A stretch of DNA of 64,000 nt from Ranitomeya imitator (lineage: Eukaryota): NCBI RefSeq assembly GCF_032444005.1, contig NC_091285.1:632276001-632340000 (forward strand), written 5' to 3'. The position numbers were made by a program, and so were the translations under genes. The notes below the pieces were generated by a model, which was not told where the DNA came from, did no database searches, and saw nothing but the letters and a program-made list of their open reading frames with translations. Each line of letters opens with the position of its first letter. Within the stretch, counting starts at the first letter, position 1. Positions 36,587-48,503 of the stretch are shown one piece after another.

Positions 36587-37956
36587 GGCTACTTTCACAC
36601 ATCAGGTTTTTGGTTTCAGGCTAAATCCTGCAAATTTGCAAGAAAACGGATCCGGCGTAAATTGTGAAAAACTGATGCACCGGATCCGTTTTTTAGGAGA
36701 GAGAGAGAGTGGAAGAGAGAGAGGGGGAGAAAGAGAGCGGGGGAGAGAGAGCGGGGGAGAGAGAGAGAGGAGGGGAGAGAGAGGGGGGGAGAGAGAGGGG
36801 AAGAGAGAGGGGGAGAGAGAGGGGAAGAGAGAGGGGGAGAGAGAGGGGGAGAGAGGGGGGAGAGAGAGTGGGGAAAAGAGAGTGGAAGAGAGAGAGGGGG
36901 AGAGAGAGAGCGGGGGAGAGAGAGCGGGGGAGAGAGAGAGGGGGGGAGAGAGAGGGGGGGAGAGAGAGGGGGGGAGAGAGAGGGNNNNNNNNNNNNNNNN
37001 NNNNNNNNNNNNNNNNNNNNNNNNNNNNNNNNNNNNNNNNNNNNNNNNNNNNNNNNNNNNNNNNNNNNNNNNNNNNNNNNNNNNNNNNNNNNNNNNNNNN
37101 NNNNNNNNNNNNNNNNNNNNNNNNNNNNNNNNNNNNNNNNNNNNNNNNNNNNNNNNNNNNNNNNNNNNNNNNNNNNNNNNNNNNNNNNNNNNNNNNNNNN
37201 NGGGGGAGAGAGAGCGGGGGAGAGAGAGAGAGGGGGGGAGAGAGGGGGGGGGAGAGAGGGGGAGAGAGAGAGAGGGGAAGAGAGAGGGGGAGAGGGGGGA
37301 GAGAGAGGGGGGAGAGAGTGGAAGAGAGAGAGGGGGAGAGAGAGCGGGCGAAATAGAGAGGGGGAGAGAGAGGAAGAAAGAGGGGGGGAGAGAGGGGGAA
37401 GAGAGAGGGGGGAGAGAGAATGGGGGAGAGAGGGGGAGAGAGAGGGGGGAGAGAGGGGAAGAGAGAGAGGGGGAAGAGAGAGGGGGGAGAGAGAGCGGGG
37501 AGAGAGGGGAAGAGAGAGGGGGGAGAGAGTGGAAGAGAGAGAGGGGGAGAGAGAGAGAGAGCGGGCGAAATAGAGAGGGGGAGAGAGAGGGGGGAGAGAG
37601 GGGGAGAGAGAATGGGGGAGAGAGGGGAAGAGAGCGAGGGGGAAGAGAGAGGGGGGAGAGAGAGCGGGGAGAGAGGGGAAGAGAGAGGGGGGAGAGAGTG
37701 GAAGAGAGAGAGGGGGAGAGAGAGAGAGCGGGCGAAATAGAGAGGGGGAGAGAGAGGGGGGAGAGAGGGGGAGAGAGAATGGGGGAGAGAGGGGAAGAGA
37801 GCGAGGGGGAAGAGAGAGGGGAGAGAGAGCGGGGAGAGAGGGAGAGAGGGGGAGAGAGAGAGAAACGGATCCGGCGTAAGAAAAAAAACGGATCCGTTTT
37901 TTTCAAAAACTGCCGGATTGTGCCTGAAACAAAGAACCTGATGTGTGAAAGCAGCC
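36587..37956. mobile_element. PIF/Harbinger-like MITE enclosing a GA-rich tract
   Basis: GGCTACTTTCACACATCAGG ... CCTGATGTGTGAAAGCAGCC termini with TWA-type flanks. Confidence 0.7.
36698..37863. repeat. Near-pure polypurine (GA/GGA) low-complexity tract containing an assembly gap
   Basis: Almost only G and A on the + strand. Confidence 0.95.
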
Positions 37957-38444
37957 TTATGCTATAGATTTTCCATATGCATTAACCATAAAGCTGTATT
38001 CATACAAATCAATGTCTGGGAGTCCGCTGTGATGTGACTCCATGTGAAGGACACAACAATCCATAGCTGAGGTGGTTTACCCAGGAAAGCACCATAATGA
38101 CGTGAATAGAAGTTACAGAAAACTCTGAGCCTAGGCAGATGGAAGCTTCTCTAATTTCCTTGTATTTTATTAGCGGGGGCTTAGCCAACTTTTCAATAGG
38201 GGCATTTAATTGGATGGCCTCTGGATGAATAGCAGTGTCGACAGCAAAACCAATACTGATCAATCCTTTCTTATATCGGATAGCATATGATAATTTTTTT
38301 ACTGAAATTCATCAAAATGCTGCCACCTAGTGGTCATATTTCAATGCAAAACATAAACGGAATAATTACCTATATGTTTACCATTACGCATTAATTCTGG
38401 AGGGTTCCTTCACTGTGAATGATGTTTTTTTTCTATTTTCTCAG

Positions 38445-38525
38445 TGTTACGCATTCATCCAAGAACACCAGACAGAACTATCAGATCTTCTCCAGAAACC
38501 TTGGGACCACAAGATCACCTGCCAG
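38445..38525 (+). CDS. SFTPB: SFTPB exon 9
   Basis: 81 nt; CYAFIQEHQTELSDLLQKPWDHKITCQ, compare human [27 protein letters not shown] (recalled). Confidence 0.93.
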
Positions 38526-38566
38526 GTTTGTAAGACTTAAATAATACTGCAAATTACATTGCTTAA

Positions 38567-39023
38567 AAGAAATCTGTCACCGTTTTTTGCTATTTAATCT
38601 GAGAGCAGTATAATGTAAAGTCTCAGACCCCGATTCCAGTGATGTGTCACTTAATGGGCTGCTTGCTGTAGTTTTGATAAAATTGCTGTTTTATCAGCAG
38701 GTGATTATCACAAGAGCACTAGTAAAGCCTGCTGCCACATAGTCTTCTTTATTCATTGAGTCTAAATAACCACGCCCTCACCACTGATTGGCAGCTTTCT
38801 GCCTATGCACAGTGTACACAGAAAGCAGCCAATCAGCGGTGTGGGTGGGGTTATACACAGCTTCTCATTCAGAGAACTGGTAGATCTGCATCAGATAAAA
38901 CAGGGATTTTATCAAAACATCAGCAAGCAGCCCGGTAAGTGACACATCACTGGAATTAGGGTCTATACCACTACATCATGCTGTTCTAAGATGGGGTAGC
39001 AAAAACCTGGTGGCAGATTCCCT
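38567..39023. mobile_element. T2/Kolobok-type MITE
   Basis: TTAA|AAGAAATCTGTCACC ... GGTGGCAGATTCCCT|TTAA. Confidence 0.75.
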
Positions 39024-39133
39024 TTAAGCCATACTAACCAAAAGGGGCTGAAGTTACAGACTGACTGTGAATGGAGTGGGTTAAATTGTATTGTTGTAGT
39101 ATTTATTATACAATCCTTATCTCGTGCTTTTAG

Positions 39134-39241
39134 ACACTGGGCGTCTGTCCAGCTCCTTCTACGACCATTACAGTGGACGCTCCCTGCGTAGCTGGGCCTT
39201 CATACTGGTGCCAAAGCCTAGACAATGCAAGAGAATGTAAG
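39134..39241 (+). CDS. SFTPB: SFTPB exon 10 (end of saposin 3, start of C-terminal SapA domain)
   Basis: ttttag/gtacgt; TLGVCPAPSTTITVDAPCVAGPSYWCQSLDNARECK. Confidence 0.92.
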
Positions 39242-39437
39242 GTACGTGGTGACCGAGGCTGAGGAAAGACCAAGATTGTTTAAAGCAACATCATCATCTT
39301 CATCGTCCCAGACAGAACCCATCTTCATGGGAACCATAAGGGCTTATTCACATGGGAAAAAATTTGCTGCAGGTTTCTGTCTGGAATGTCCAGATGTCAG
39401 TTCCACTCTGGTTTACAGGACTATTGTTGTGCACTTA

Positions 39438-39751
39438 GGCTACGTTCACATTAGCGTTTTGCGGGGCTGCGTCGGGCGCAGCCGCGGCGACGCATGCGTC
39501 ATGCGCCCCTATATTTAACATGGGGGCGCATGGACATGCGTTGTCGTGCGTTTTGTGACGCATGCGTCTTTTTTGGCGCAAGCGCCATGGCGCACAGGAC
39601 GCAGCAAGTTGCATTTTTTTTTGCGTCCTTCAAAATTCATGCCAAAAAAGGACGCATGCGTCACAAAATGATGCGTTTTGCATGCGTTCTTGTTTGCGTT
39701 GTGCGTTGCGTCGCCGACGCAGCACCGCACAACGCAAATGTGAACGTAGCC
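39438..39751. mobile_element. PIF/Harbinger-like MITE
   Basis: TTA|GGCTACGTTCACAT ... ATGTGAACGTAGCC termini, palindromic interior. Confidence 0.75.
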
Positions 39752-40546
39752 TTTACCGAGGACCCATCAAATCCCTGGACATACCCCAACAGTGGTCCTG
39801 TAGGTAGGCCCTAAGGTTAGCAACTAGTGATGAGCGAGCATGCTTGAGTATTTTTGACGTGCTCGAAATACATGTTCTAGTCCCCGCGGTTGCATATCTC
39901 GTGGCTGTCCTAAAGCCGCAACACAAGCAGCGATTGTCTAACAAACAGCTGTCGACACGGGCACGCTCATCACTACTAGCGACCAGTTTTCAGCCAAATT
40001 CAGAATTCTATGTACACAGACGAGCTGAGGGTCTCCCCATTCCAAACTCAACGTCCTGAGGCCTTTAGGAGGCCAAGTTTAGGGCTGGAGACCCACAGCC
40101 AGTCCATATACCACGGTCCTTACACAAACTGTGGTCTCACGAACTTCTAAATTTGGACAAAGGCCATGATTACAAAGGTTTCTGGTCTGTGTGAACAATG
40201 GACCATACATGGACCAACATTGGCCTAACCGTTAGTGCAGGTGGGCTGAGCTCACAAAGGAGGTCCACGTGAAGAAACCACCACACGAGCCAGTCTGGTC
40301 CGATTTATGGATCGGACTAATGCAGAAAGCTCCTGTACCCGCCACTATGCAGACAAGCACATGGAGCTAGTCTCGTCAGACTGGTGTGAGAAATTCAAGG
40401 CCCGTGACGACTTAGCCTTAGTCCAGGAGGAGCCCATGGGTCATAAAGGGCCGATTTGGATGGGTGAACAGGCACCAAGATAGACCTGCCTGCACAGAAA
40501 CGCTAATTGTCTTGATATTGTAATAAGTCTCGCTTTTATTTTCCAG

Positions 40547-40582
40547 GCCATCGGGCACTGTCTGGCACATGTTTGGCACTGA
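40547..40582 (+). CDS. SFTPB: SFTPB last coding exon (AIGHCLAHVWH*)
   Basis: Acceptor cttttattttccag; completes the SapA motif HC..HVW; TGA at 40580-40582; two AATAAA signals follow. Confidence 0.9.
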   Translation, partial: AIGHCLAHVWH

Positions 40583-40649
40583 AGTCCATCCTGCTTTCAT
40601 ATCATTTGTACCCAATCCTTTGTGAAAACGGCTCTACCCATGATAACTC

Positions 40650-40674
40650 AATAAACGGCTATCTCTTCAATAAA
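40650..40674 (+). terminator. SFTPB polyadenylation signals
   Basis: AATAAA at 40650 and 40669, 68-87 nt after the stop codon. Confidence 0.65.
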
Positions 40675-41277
40675 ATCACTCTCCTCTCCTACGTCTTCAT
40701 CCAGTCATGGGTTTGGGACATTATTATTATTTTTTAAATTTTTTTTTTTTTGGTAAAATGTATTTTTGTATTAGGTTTACAGGAAAATTGTTGGACCATG
40801 TAACTTCCACAGCCTTGATGTATCGCAGTCCTGTCCGGCTGGAGGAGTTACCAGTGAATCATCCCAACCTTACCTCTCTTCTCCTGCACCATCATCTGAC
40901 TTCTGGCCAAATGATCGGTCACCGGACGGCCATCTCTACCATGCACAGGAGGCCTAGCCGGGCACTCTTGTGTTCTCAGAGACTCCTCAGCAAATAAGAG
41001 ATCAGTCACTGAAATTCTAATGTCTGGATCTTTCCCTCCCCCGACATCCCCCGTCCTGGTAAAGGCAAGAGGTCCCCATACATATTAGTCAGCCGATTCT
41101 GCTTATTCTAATATGTAAGGGGTCTTAAAGGGATCTGATCACCTCAGAAAACACTATTTACCTGCAGATATGGCTGCCCGGCCACCTTACTGAAAATGCA
41201 GCCACAGGGAGAAAATAGAAAAGTAAGAATTTTGTTTTTAAAATGTGCTGGAGACGAATGGAAGTGGCGCAGGATGG

Positions 41278-42660
41278 GGGACATTATACCAGAAAGGGGC
41301 CCAGTACGACGGACATTATACCAGAAAGGGGCCCAGTACGACGGACATTATACCAGAAAGGGGCCCAGTATGACGGACATTATACCAGAAAGGGGCCCAG
41401 TATGACGGACATTATACCAGAAAGGGGCCCAGTATGACGGACATTATACCAGAAAGGGGCCCAGTATGACAGACATTATACCAGAAAGGGGCCCAGTATG
41501 ACGGACATTATACCAGAAAGGGGCCCAGTATGACGGACATTATACCAGAAAGGGGCCCAGTATGACGGACATTATACCAGAAAGGGGCCCAGTATGACGG
41601 ACATTATACCAGAAAGGGGACCAGTATGACGGACATTATACCAGAAAGGGGACCAGTATGACGGACATTATACCAGAAAGGGGCCCAGTATGACAGACAT
41701 TATACCAGATAGGGGCCCAGTATCGCGGACATTATACCAGAAAGGGGACCAGTATGACGGACATTATACCAGAAAGGTGACCAGTATGACGGACATTATA
41801 CCAGAAAGGGGACCAGTATGACGGACATTATACCAGAAAGGGGTCCAGTATGACGGACATTATACCAGAAAGGGGACCAGTATGACGGACATTATACCAG
41901 AAAGGGGACCAGTATGACGGACATTATACCAGAAAGGGGACCAGTATGACGGACATTATACCAGAAAGGGGACCAGTATGACGGACATTATACCAGAAAG
42001 GGGACCAGTATGATGGACATTATACCAGAAAGGGGACCAGTATGACGGACATTATACCAGAAAGGGGTCCAGTATGACAGACATTATACCAGATAGGGGC
42101 CCAGTATCGCGGACATTATACCAGAAAGGGGCCCAGTATGACAGACATTATACCAGAAAGGGGCCCAGTATCACGGACATTATACCAGAAAGGGGCCCAA
42201 TATCACGGACATTATTAGAGGAAGGGGCACAGGATAGGGGCATTATACCAGAAAGGGACCCAGAATAGGGGCATTATACCAGAAAGGGGTCCAGAATAGG
42301 GGCATTATACCAGAAAGGGCCCCAGAATAGGGGCATTATACCAGAAAGGGGCCCAGGATGGGGTCATTATACCAGGAAGGAGCCCAGAATGGAGGACATT
42401 ATCACAGGAAGGGGCCCAGGATGAGGAACATTATTACAGGACAGGGCCCATGATGGGGGCTATTATACCAGGAAGGGGCCCAGGATGGGGGCCATTATAC
42501 CAGGAAGGGGCCCAGGATAGGGGCATTATAACAGGAAGGGGCCCAGGATGAGGGACATTATTATAGGAAGGGGCCCAGGATCGAGGCATTATAACAGGAA
42601 GGGGCACTATAAACAAAAATGGGCCCAAGATGGGGGGGACATTCTTACAGGAAGGAGCCA
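41278..42660. repeat. 31-bp minisatellite between SFTPB and USP39
   Basis: (GGACATTATACCAGAAAGGGGCCCAGTATGAC-like)n grading into ACATTATTACAGGAAGGGGCCCAGGATG units. Confidence 0.95.
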
Positions 42661-44956
42661 GAACAACAGATATTATAACATGGGGGGCGAACACATGTCT
42701 TTATAGGATCTAGAACAGTGTTCCAACTCCAGTCCTCAAGGCCCGCCAACAGATCATGTTTTCAGGACTTCCTTTGCATTGCACAAGTGATTCAATTATC
42801 ACCTGGGCAAGACTAAGGAAATCCTGAAAACATGACCTGTTGGCGGGCCTTGAGGACTGGAGTTGGGGACCCCTGATCTAGAATACTACCAGGGCCCATA
42901 CATCTGACCAACATGCATGTTGTCACCCAGGTCCAAACTTTATAGAGAGGCCCATCGGATTCTAGTTATGCCACCGATGTAGCCTCTCCGTGCACACCCC
43001 CATGACTGAAAGCAGGTGGCTCCCAGGAGGAAATAAGTTCACTTTCTCTCAGCAGCCGACCTCTCTGTAAGGTGGCCGATCAGCATTGTAACTATTTATC
43101 TGCAGGTGACAGGTTCCCTTTCAGTCAGTCGCCTTCCTCGCTCTCAGAATACAGTCTTGCAGACACTGCAGCTGCACACTTCTGTGTGTCATGGTCTCTG
43201 AACCATCTTCATATATGAGACTGTCAAGTTCGGGTATCACAGCAGCCAGAGGTTTAAACACAGACTCCGATTTCTGCAGTACTACAAAAGATGAATAAAA
43301 ATCCTGCATATTTCGGGCCTCTTTCCTAACATTTCCTGACTATAGAGCCGATATAACAATGTAGCTACCAGTTTTCTCAATTTTACAGGATACAATCTAT
43401 TCTTGTAATATTAGTGCTGTGTGTAGTGCACTTGGTAGGGGCGCGGGAACCCACCTGATCTAATAGTATGGGTGTTACCAATATGCTATACGCCGGCATG
43501 GTGCACGACATGGCAGCACACTGCAGAAGCCTCATCTATGTGTGAGTACAACACCAAGCATCCCCCACCATGGATGATAGGTGTGTGCATTTGCATCCTC
43601 ACTAGTAAAGATGGAACATGCTCTGATAAGGTGTTATCCTTATGAGTGCTAATCGAGTGTCTTCGGCGTGCTCGAAAAATATGTTCGAGTCCCCGCGGCC
43701 GCATGTCTCGCTGCTGTTGTGAACAGTCACAACATATGTAGTGATTCCTAACTAACAGGTAATCCCTGCATGTGTTGCGGCTGTCGAACAGCAGTGAGAC
43801 ATGCAGCCAAGGGAACTCGAACGTACTTTTCGAGCACGGTGAAGACACTGTTAGCATCCGAGCATGCTCAGATAACACTTTATCCAACCACATTCGCTCA
43901 TCACTAACCCTGACCTGTCCCATGCAGCTCTACGGTCTCTGCGTGAGAATCAGGATCCCATTTCTTGTTATTCACATACCTAAAATACAACAGAAAGAAC
44001 AGCTATAAGGAGGACAATTCATATTGTGCCTGTAGATCATCCATTATGTGACTTTCCATTTTGGGGATATGTGGCCAACTAACTAGTAACTAACTAGTGC
44101 TGCTGTACCGTTTTCTAGATCATCCATAGTAGATTTAGTGTCCCTGTCAGGTTTTAGAGCTTCAGCACATCGGACATAACCCAACTGTGCAGCAGTATTC
44201 TCTTAAGCAGGTCAGGCTAGAGTTAATAGGGAGCGTGTGCTTGGTTTGAACAGTCATTTTGTGCCGATAGTCTCCCGTTAACAGTTCAATGCTAGAAACA
44301 AGTGCGAGTGTCAGTCTCCCTGTATTACCGGACGATGTACGACTATTATGGCTGCACATAGTATCAACGAACCCTCAGGATGACCGTGTGACTCCCGAAC
44401 CGGAGGGAAAGAAGCAAAAAAACGTCTGGAAGAAAACAGGTTTAATGTTCAAAACAACAAAAAATATAATGTGAACATGTCACCTCCTAGACACAAATAT
44501 ATACAGTCACACGGTGCACGGGATCACGTCAACTCCTCTATGGTGGGACAATAAGGGCAGCGCACCCCCTTCGAATTCAGGCGTTTCCCCCCTGTAATTA
44601 CTCATTTTCGATTCTTTAATGATATTTCAGCCACATGACGGGAAACTAAGATGCGTCCTGAAAACGTTCCAGTCTTTGCTCAACAGCAAGGTAAGCAGGT
44701 GCAGAGACATCCCGGGGGTCTTAGGTAGGTCCGCCATTGTCACCTGCATTGGGAACACACATTGAATATTCTGGGATTCCAGGTAGAGGAGGAGGGCAGG
44801 ATCCAGCATGGAAAACTGGTTCACTTCTTTCTTTAAAACCACGGCAGCAGAGGAGGCGCGGGTGAGTAGGGGACGGGGGTACGGCTGCCAGGATACCGCT
44901 GCGCCTCTCTCCTCCTCTCCTTACACCTCCATAGTTGTACGGTAGATGTGCGCGTT

Positions 44957-45004
44957 TCATGCTCCGTCCTGGTTCTGTTCACCGTCTTCTCGTCGCTTCC
45001 AGAT
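44957..45004 (-). CDS. USP39: USP39 last coding exon (IWKRREDGEQNQDGA*)
   Basis: Acceptor ctacag; IWKRR motif; TGA at 44959-44957. Confidence 0.93.
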   Translation of the reverse strand: MWKRREDGEQNQDGA

Positions 45005-46008
45005 CTGTAGATGAGAAATGACTGCTCATAACCAAGGAGCCGTCTGTGGCGGCAGAATAGTCTACGATGGCCATCTGATGAAGCGAGGACAGGGATTTAC
45101 GACCTTCGGCGCTGCAGCTGCTGGAAAACTACAACTTACACCGTGCCCTGGCAGCCTATGGCCATCACGGGAAGCTGGGAGTTGTAGTTAGACAACAGGA
45201 GAGTGCTGAAGACTACTGATCTCTGATACGGATTTGTACATAGGTTTTGGTGCATTTCAATGATTTAAAGGGGCTGTCCAGCCTTTGGGTACAACTCAGA
45301 CTGACTTCAGATTCTCACAGAGCATGCACTATGTGCTATGGGGATTCTCCGATGCAGGTAGTGGGCGTTCAATCAAGCATGCGACTGATTGGCATACTTA
45401 TGGTAACATTCCAACTAGACTTGCCCAATACACTTGCTTTAAGGGAGGCTGTGCACGTCTAGTCGGCACATGACCGCATGTATGCAAATCACTTCCTTGC
45501 AGTCACGAACCAACCTGCTTTCAAGGCCAGCACTGGAGAATCCTTACAGTGTGCAGTATGCGCGATGTGAGGATTCAGAAGACTGAACTCGCAGAGTGAC
45601 TGCAGACTTGTACCCCAAGGCCGGACCAACCCCTTTACAGCATGCGAGGGCGCACTTCTAACTGGACACGAAGGATGGTTGGTGATCTACGCAATGAGCT
45701 CTGACTTGTTTTTACCAGCACTTTACAATTGCAACCACTTTCTAACATGCGACTATCCCTTTAATGCCTTTACATTTAGGATTTCCATCAGAGGACGCAA
45801 TCTGTAAATGAGACGGCTGCAATACAAGGTGAAAGGCATTTTCCACTTTGCAAAGAACTATTGCTCAATCCTTGGTCTATATCCTGGAGTGGCCTGAAGT
45901 GCCGATTCCTCGAGTCTCTCCAGATAGCGGGGGCACATTCCGGAGAGATCACTCGAGACCTCTCCACTTCTGAAGTACGAGGTCTCCTCCGTGTGACCGT
46001 GCACGTAC

Positions 46009-46095
46009 CTGGATGTAGGCCTCCGACAGGGTGATCATCTGCGGCAGGATGTCGGTGACTTGCAAGTCCTGCAGCTCGTACCATTTCCCGGTGCC
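46009..46095 (-). CDS. USP39: USP39 exon 12
   Basis: GTGKWYELQDLQVTDILPQMITLSEAYIQ. Confidence 0.97.
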
Positions 46096-46615
46096 CTAAA
46101 TACAGAGGACGGAATCAGTTACCCAGACACTGAATAACCGCCCGATTCCCTTTAATTAAAGCTGCCGCCACAAAGGTGGATAAAGGGCCGAGGGCAATCG
46201 CACAAGAAAACCGTTCATCGGGCAGCTAAAAATACAAAATAACCTTTATGATAAACGGCATAAAACTACAAAAAATAAAAAAAAAAGTTTCAAAATGACA
46301 AAATGGATTTGGTCTTCCCCAAAAAGTGTAATCAAATAGTTGCAGCCCAAAATGATACCATTAAAATCATCTGATCGGCACACAAAAAAGTAATTTCTCA
46401 CATAGGTCAGTGGACAGAAAAAGAACAGTTATGGTCTCAGTATATGGCAACACAAGCAAATTTGTTTTTAAATATTTTAAAACCACTGATATATAATTGT
46501 GCTGACCCCAATCATCGCGTTGTGAAGTCATTTTCACTGCACAAAAAAAAAAAAAAAAAAAAAAGCTATAGTAGAATTTTTTTTTTTTTCACCATTTCAC
46601 CAATTTTTTTCTTAA

Positions 46616-47028
46616 AGGGAATCGGTCAGCTGTTTTTTTTTTGCTATGCAATTTGAGAGCAGCATGATTTTGGAGCAGAGACCCTGATTCCAGAAATGTA
46701 TCACTCATTAGGCTGTGTATAACTGTTTCAATACAATCAGGTGTTTTATCAGCAGGACATTATCACTACAGGACTAGATGTCTCGTGCCTCCTGGTCCAA
46801 CCACACCTCCACAACTGATTGCACACTAATCTGCCAATCAGTGATGTGGACGGGGTTATACAGGGCTCGGCATTCTGAACTCTGCTAGATCTGCAGCAGA
46901 GAAAACAGTGATTCTATCGCAACTGCTGCACCCAGTAAACTAAGCAGTATATCTCTGGAATCAGAGTCTCTGCCCCTACATCGTGCTGCTCTCAGATTAC
47001 ATAACAAAATCCTGCTGACCGATCACAT
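46616..47028. mobile_element. T2/Kolobok-type MITE
   Basis: TTAA|AGGGAATCGGTCAGC ... GCTGACCGATCACAT; interior homologous to 38567-39023. Confidence 0.7.
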
Positions 47029-47176
47029 TGAATGTTTTTCTATGGAAGTTTAATTTGCAATATTCTACAATTGTGGTGACCTCCATGACAACCTTGGTTG
47101 CACAGGACGAGGTGCTAATAAGGTGTGTTCTTAACAAATGGTGACAACATGCCACTGAAAATGACAGTATACGCAC

Positions 47177-47312
47177 ATGGTGGAGAACGTGGATCCGGTA
47201 TGAGCCTTCGTTGGGTTTCCCATCATGCACTATGTTGGCTATAAGATCATATGTGGTGTTCTTGTGCTGAGTCTGACATTCGTCTGCCAGATACTCCCGT
47301 AGATCCACGTTC
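47177..47312 (-). CDS. USP39: USP39 exon 11
   Basis: NVDLREYLADECQTQHKNTTYDLIANIVHDGKPNEGSYRIHVLHH. Confidence 0.97.
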
Positions 47313-47584
47313 CTAGGAAAACAAATAAAGGGGGAAAAATCCGACATTGGGAATCGCCAAAACCCAGAAATATCTTTTTCACATTGAAATTCCTAATAAA
47401 TCTGGAGTGATTAAATGGCGATATTCCTCATGGTAAAATATATGCACAAAAGCTCCAATGTCACCGTGCAATGAATGAGCAATCACCCATCATTAGTGAG
47501 CCGCCATTATTAATACACGGCCCCGCTCAGTCATCCAGCGCCATAATACCGCACTGTGGTCACCGTACGGTGCGAGATACTCAC

Positions 47585-47727
47585 GTGATGGGGAAATTCA
47601 CTATAGTTGGGTTTTTCTCCACAAAAAAGTTGTTCTTGGTAAAACGCTTTATACAGAATATCAGGTATGGAGGCAGCTTGGTCAGCTGGAAACGCTTCAG
47701 GAAGTTCTCCTTGTAGGTCTTGTACTC
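47585..47727 (-). CDS. USP39: USP39 exon 10
   Basis: EYKTYKENFLKRFQLTKLPPYLIFCIKRFTKNNFFVEKNPTIVNFPI(T). Confidence 0.97.
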
Positions 47728-47778
47728 CTGTAAAGACATGCTGGAGTAATATGTGACCTGCCAGGCTTAATAAAAAAT

Positions 47779-48479
47779 TTGTCTGTCACGGATATTCATT
47801 GGTCGCGGCCTCTGTCTGTCACAAAAATCCAACTCGCTGATTGGTCGTGGCTGTTTTGCCGCAACCAATCAGCGAAGGGCACAGTCCGGCGCCAAAATGG
47901 CCGCTCCTTCCTTCCCGCAGTCAGTGCCCAGCGCCCGCTCCATAATCCCCTCCAGTCAGCGCTCATGGACCGCGTTATGCTGCGGTGTAACGCACTCCAT
48001 TAACGCTGCTATTAACCCTGTGTGACCACATTTTTACTATTGATGACGCCTATGCAGTATCAATAGTAAAAAGATCTAATGTTAAAAATAATAAAAAAAT
48101 AAAAAATCATTATATACGCAACTTCCGCCGCCTTTCCCGCTCCTCGTGACAGCTCCATGCAAGCGGCAGGTTCCGGTGGCAAGGATGGTATGGGAGAAGG
48201 ACCTGCCATGACGTCACGGTCATGTGACCGCGACGTCATCACAGGTCCTGCGCTCATACCAACCCTGGGACCGGAAGTTGCCGTGTGCACCGCACACAGG
48301 CGCCAGGACTACAAAGGGCCCCTCGGAAGGTGAGTATATATTTATTTTAAGTCTGTATACTACATGGCTCTGTGCTGTATACTCCGTCACTGTGCAATAT
48401 ACTACGTGGCTGGGCAATATACTACGTGGACATGCATATTCTAGAATACCCGATGTGTTAGAATCGGGCCACCATCTAG
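47779..48479 (+). mobile_element. Helitron-like element, same family as 13203-16007
   Basis: Shared internal segments and 3' end TATTCTAGAATACCCGATGTGTTAGAATCGGGCCACCATCTAG; start is approximate. Confidence 0.7.
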
Positions 48480-48503
48480 CGTGTGTGTGTATATATATAT
48501 ACA

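Noticed and set aside
36528-37967. 479-aa and 434-aa ORFs rich in E/R/G or S/L/P
   Set aside because: Read-through of a GA low-complexity tract spanning an N-gap; no coding signal.
25101-40582. Alternative identity as prosaposin (PSAP) or PSAPL1
   Set aside because: Only three saposin-B domains, the WPIPMPLCWMC/CQC SP-B signature, and USP39 synteny all indicate SFTPB.
41278-42660. CRISPR-like appearance of regular ~30-bp repeats (also at 57675 and 50879)
   Set aside because: Units are contiguous with no unique spacers, there are no cas genes, and the context is eukaryotic.
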